Positions 61,078 through 64,000 of a stretch of 64,000 bases of DNA are shown here, one piece after another. Position 1 is the stretch's first letter. Each line of letters opens with the position of its first letter. The stretch is from an uncultured delta proteobacterium (lineage in GTDB: Bacteria > Myxococcota > Myxococcia > Myxococcales > Myxococcaceae). The stretch lies in contig CAWCKH010000003.1 of NCBI GenBank assembly GCA_963796055.1, positions 256,001 through 320,000 on the forward strand, given 5' to 3'. The position numbers and the translations under genes are program-made. The notes beneath the pieces are model-generated. The model was not told the DNA's origin. It saw nothing but the letters and a program-made list of their open reading frames with translations, and did no database searches.

Positions 61078-61254
61078 TCAGCCCGCGGTGTGGGAGGTGG
61101 GCGCCACCACCGAGGCGTAGGTGCCGGCGGTCACGAAGTTACGGACAATCGCGCCCGAGCCGCCGAGGCCGATGACGGCGAAGATGGCGCCGGCAACGAG
61201 CAGGCCGAGCGAGTGGCTGTGGCGGGTGGCGCTGAAGAGAGTGGGGGTATTCAT
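61078..61254 (-). CDS. Small single-TM protein (58 aa)
   Basis: GGAG RBS, one hydrophobic helix, upstream sigma-54-like promoter. Confidence 0.55.
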   Translation of the reverse strand: MNTPTLFSATRHSHSLGLLVAGAIFAVIGLGGSGAIVRNFVTAGTYASVVAPTSHTAG

Positions 61255-61292
61255 GGGAGGCTCCGGGGTGAAGCGAGGCACCCATCCCCCAC

Positions 61293-61308
61293 TGCATCGG
61301 AGCTGCCA
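61293..61308 (-). promoter_or_regulatory. Putative sigma-54 promoter
   Basis: Minus strand TGGCAGCTCCGATGCA with exact GG-N10-GC spacing, about 40 nt upstream of ATG 61254. Confidence 0.5.
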
Positions 61309-61561
61309 GCCCCAGAATCAAGGGAATCCAGGTACTTGACTCGCCTGCTGTCGCCTCCTCGGTGACGCCGGACGGTCCCGCTGTTGCGCCGGGTGTTTCA
61401 CCGCCGGCGTGGGTCGTCAGCGGCTGAGCAATCCTCAGGGCATCGGCACGAGGTAGGTCAGGGGCGCTCCGGCCGACGCAACGTCTCGCTTGGCCTGAAC
61501 CCGGGCTGGAGCGCTCGTCGGCTCCGCCCGGGTCTTCCGGTTCCGTGCGGGAGGGGTGGGT

Positions 61562-62386
61562 TCAGCCCTTGATGAACGCCAGCAGGTCGGCGTTGATCGT
61601 CTCTGCCTGCGTGGTGGGCATTCCGTGCGGGAAGCCCTTGTAGGTCTTCAAGGTCCCGTTCTTCAGAAGCTTCGCCGACAACGGCGCGGAATCGGCGTAG
61701 GGGACGATCTGATCGTCGTCTCCGTGCATCACCAGCACCGGGACGGTGATCTTCTTGAGATCCTCGGTGAAGTCCGTCTGGGAGAAAGCGACGATTCCGT
61801 CGTAGTGCGCCTTCGCTCCGCCCATCATTCCCTGACGCCACCAGTTCTGGATGATGGCCTCCGAGGGCTTCGCCCCGGGCCGGTTGAATCCATAGAACGG
61901 ACCCGCCGGGAGGGCCCGATAGAATTCGGAGCGATTGGCGGCGAGCTGGGCCTGGAGATCGTCGAACACCTGCATGGGAAGACCGCCTGGATTGGCAGCC
62001 GTCTTCACCATCAGCGGTGGCACGGCGCTGCAAATGGCCGCCTTGGCGACCCGGCTCTGACCGTGCCGGGCCAGGTAATGCACCACCTCGCCTCCGCCGG
62101 TGGAGTGGCCGACGTGCACGGCATTCTTCAGATCCAGGTGCGCGGTCAGCGCCGCCAGATCGTCGGCGTAGTGGTCCATGTCGTGGCCCTCGCCGGTCTG
62201 CGTGGACCGACCGTGACCGCGACGATCGTGGGCGATGACCCGAAAGCCACGGCTCACGAAGAACAGCATCTGCGCGTCCCAGTCATCGGCCGACAGCGGC
62301 CAGCCATGACTGAACACGATGGGCTGCCCCTTGCCCCAGTCCTTGTAGAAGATGTCGACGCCGTCCTTGGTGGTGACCTTGCCCAT
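61562..62386 (-). CDS. cpo: Non-haem chloroperoxidase/perhydrolase (alpha/beta hydrolase)
   Basis: [44 protein letters not shown]. Confidence 0.92.
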   Translation of the reverse strand: MGKVTTKDGVDIFYKDWGKGQPIVFSHGWPLSADDWDAQMLFFVSRGFRVIAHDRRGHGRSTQTGEGHDMDHYADDLAALTAHLDLKNAVHVGHSTGGGEVVHYLARHGQSRVAKAAICSAVPPLMVKTAANPGGLPMQVFDDLQAQLAANRSEFYRALPAGPFYGFNRPGAKPSEAIIQNWWRQGMMGGAKAHYDGIVAFSQTDFTEDLKKITVPVLVMHGDDDQIVPYADSAPLSAKLLKNGTLKTYKGFPHGMPTTQAETINADLLAFIKG

Positions 62387-62616
62387 GGCTCGTTCCTTGG
62401 ATTTGGGTTGGCGCGCGTGAATCCCAGCAGCGCAGTGGCCAGATGCAGGCCGGCGAACGCCTCCGCCACCTGATTCACGCTCCAAGGTCCGAGACGTCTC
62501 GAATCCGTCGCTTCTAGAGTCGAACGCGAATCACGACACCGTGTCATTTCTCGTGCCACGCAAACGGGCGGGTTGGTGCCGAGGAGTGTTCTCGCTTCCC
62601 GGGACCCGGAGGCCGG

Positions 62617-63024
62617 TCAGAGGTAGCGGCTCTCACGGGGAGCCTCCTCCCAGCGATTCTCCCGTCCGTTCTCGTACCGGACGGGTAACGCGGCGAGCTC
62701 GTCGGGACTGAGATCGTCGAGACAGGCGACGTTCACCGCATAGAAAGCGCCCCCCAGCGCCTCGTGCGCTCCAGTACCGAAGGTCTTCACGCCGCAGTGC
62801 CGGCAGAAGTGATGGACGATCTCCCCCCGACCGAAGCGGTACTCGCTGAGTGCATCCTTGCCCGATTCCAGACGGAAGGCGGCGGCGGGGATCACCGCCT
62901 TCCAGAAGCGCGACCTGCTACAGATCGAGCAGTTGCAGCGGCTGGTCCCGCGGCTCCAGTCGATGGAGGAGACGAAGCGGACCGCGCCGCAGTGACAGCC
63001 TCCCCGATGCTCTCGTGGCGACAT
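62617..63024 (-). CDS. GFA/CENP-V family zinc protein
   Basis: GGCHCGAVRF, RCNCSIC, HHFCRHCG, VNVACLD; GAGGAG RBS. Confidence 0.92.
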   Translation of the reverse strand: MSPREHRGGCHCGAVRFVSSIDWSRGTSRCNCSICSRSRFWKAVIPAAAFRLESGKDALSEYRFGRGEIVHHFCRHCGVKTFGTGAHEALGGAFYAVNVACLDDLSPDELAALPVRYENGRENRWEEAPRESRYL

Positions 63025-63206
63025 CGTTGACTCCTCAAGGTCGTGTTTGTTCTGAGACCCCGAACAACCCGCGTATTCATCGGTCTCTCCTTCGGCGCCC
63101 GGGCAGCAGCCTGGGCAGACAAGGCTTCCCCCGGCAGCATGGCTCTCGCTCGGCACAGTAGCGCCGGCTGAAGACCGAGGCGGCACCGGGCCCGGCGCCT
63201 TATGGC

Positions 63207-64000
63207 CTCGAGTGCGGCGTGCTGGCCCACGGCTTGGCCAGGCTTGCCTGTAAGTCCTGCCGCGACGAGGTGCTGGTCCCCTTCTCGTGCAAGACGCGCG
63301 GGGTGTGCCCGTCCTGCAACGCTCGACGGGCGCAGGACACGGCCATCCACCTGACCGAGCGCGTCCTCCCGCAGGCTCCCTACCGCCAGTGGACGCTCTC
63401 CGTGCCGATGGAGGTGCGCCTTCTCCTGGCGCGTGACGCGCGGCTTCTCTCCGAGGTGCTCGGCCTCTTCGTGCGTGCGCTCTTTACCCTCCAGCGGCGC
63501 ACGGCCCGTCGGCTGGGCATCGGGAGGCCCCTCGTCGGTGCGGTGGCCTTCGTCCAGCGCTTTGGCTCAACCCTCCAGCTGACGCCGCACCTCCACGTCC
63601 TCCTCCCCGATGTCGTCTTCGAGGAGGTCCCCGGGAGCGGGACACGGCTTCGGCTCTGTGGCCTACCACCGCCCAGTGACGAGGAGGTGGAGAGCCTGGC
63701 CGCCACCGTTGCCCGCCGCGTCCTTGAGCCACTCCGCAACGGTGGCGCCGTGGAGGAACACGAGGTCCCTTCTGATGAAGCGCAGGACCTCCTTTGGCTC
63801 GAGGCAGTGCAGCCGCGACGGAGACGCACCTCGTCCTCCCGCCGGTGGCCTTCCTTCGCCGTCTCGCCGCGCTCGTCCCGCCCCCGAAGTCCAACCTCGT
63901 CCGCTACTTCGGCGTCTTTGCTCCCAATGCCAGAGTACGCGCTCGCGTCGTCCCTACGCCTTCGTCTCAGCCCGACCCGTCCGGCGCCGCATCCTGCCCG
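63207..64000 (+). mobile_element. Degenerate IS91-family (HUH/Y2) transposase, 5'-truncated and internally deleted, runs off the window
   Basis: LECGVLAHG..CKSC..VPFSCKTRGVCPSC, YRQWTLS, QRFGS.L..PHLHVL, then a jump near 63820 to LRRLAALVPPP.SNLVRYFGVFAPN. Confidence 0.85.

Overview
Very GC-rich (visually about 70%) bacterial chromosomal segment. Gene content suggests Myxococcota (Myxococcales/Anaeromyxobacter-like); this is an inference. It holds about 58 mostly intact CDS: housekeeping and metabolic genes (mtnP, ppk1, malic enzyme, fumC, hemN, 2-oxoacid:ferredoxin oxidoreductase alpha/beta, UvrD helicase, Fpg/Nei glycosylase, 5'-3' exonuclease), transport, signalling and many exported or lipo-proteins. 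I saw no rRNA, tRNA or CRISPR array. Main findings: (1) a probable exported rhodanese-domain selenoprotein (60011-60421, minus strand), cut short in the ORF track at an in-frame TGA that is followed by a SECIS-like hairpin, next to a c-type cytochrome gene; (2) a flippase-like/SDR/KdsC-HAD/NeuB-type synthase/MMPL/lipoprotein run suggesting an uncharacterised nonulosonate-derived envelope product; (3) a sortase with an adjacent MPKTAS-tailed substrate in a diderm bacterium; (4) several deletion scars (hemJ, actD, amidohydrolase, a paralog tail, an IS91-like transposase) and a frameshift cluster at 8.0-9.8 kb that may be assembly error. All family calls are by eye from motifs, without database searches.
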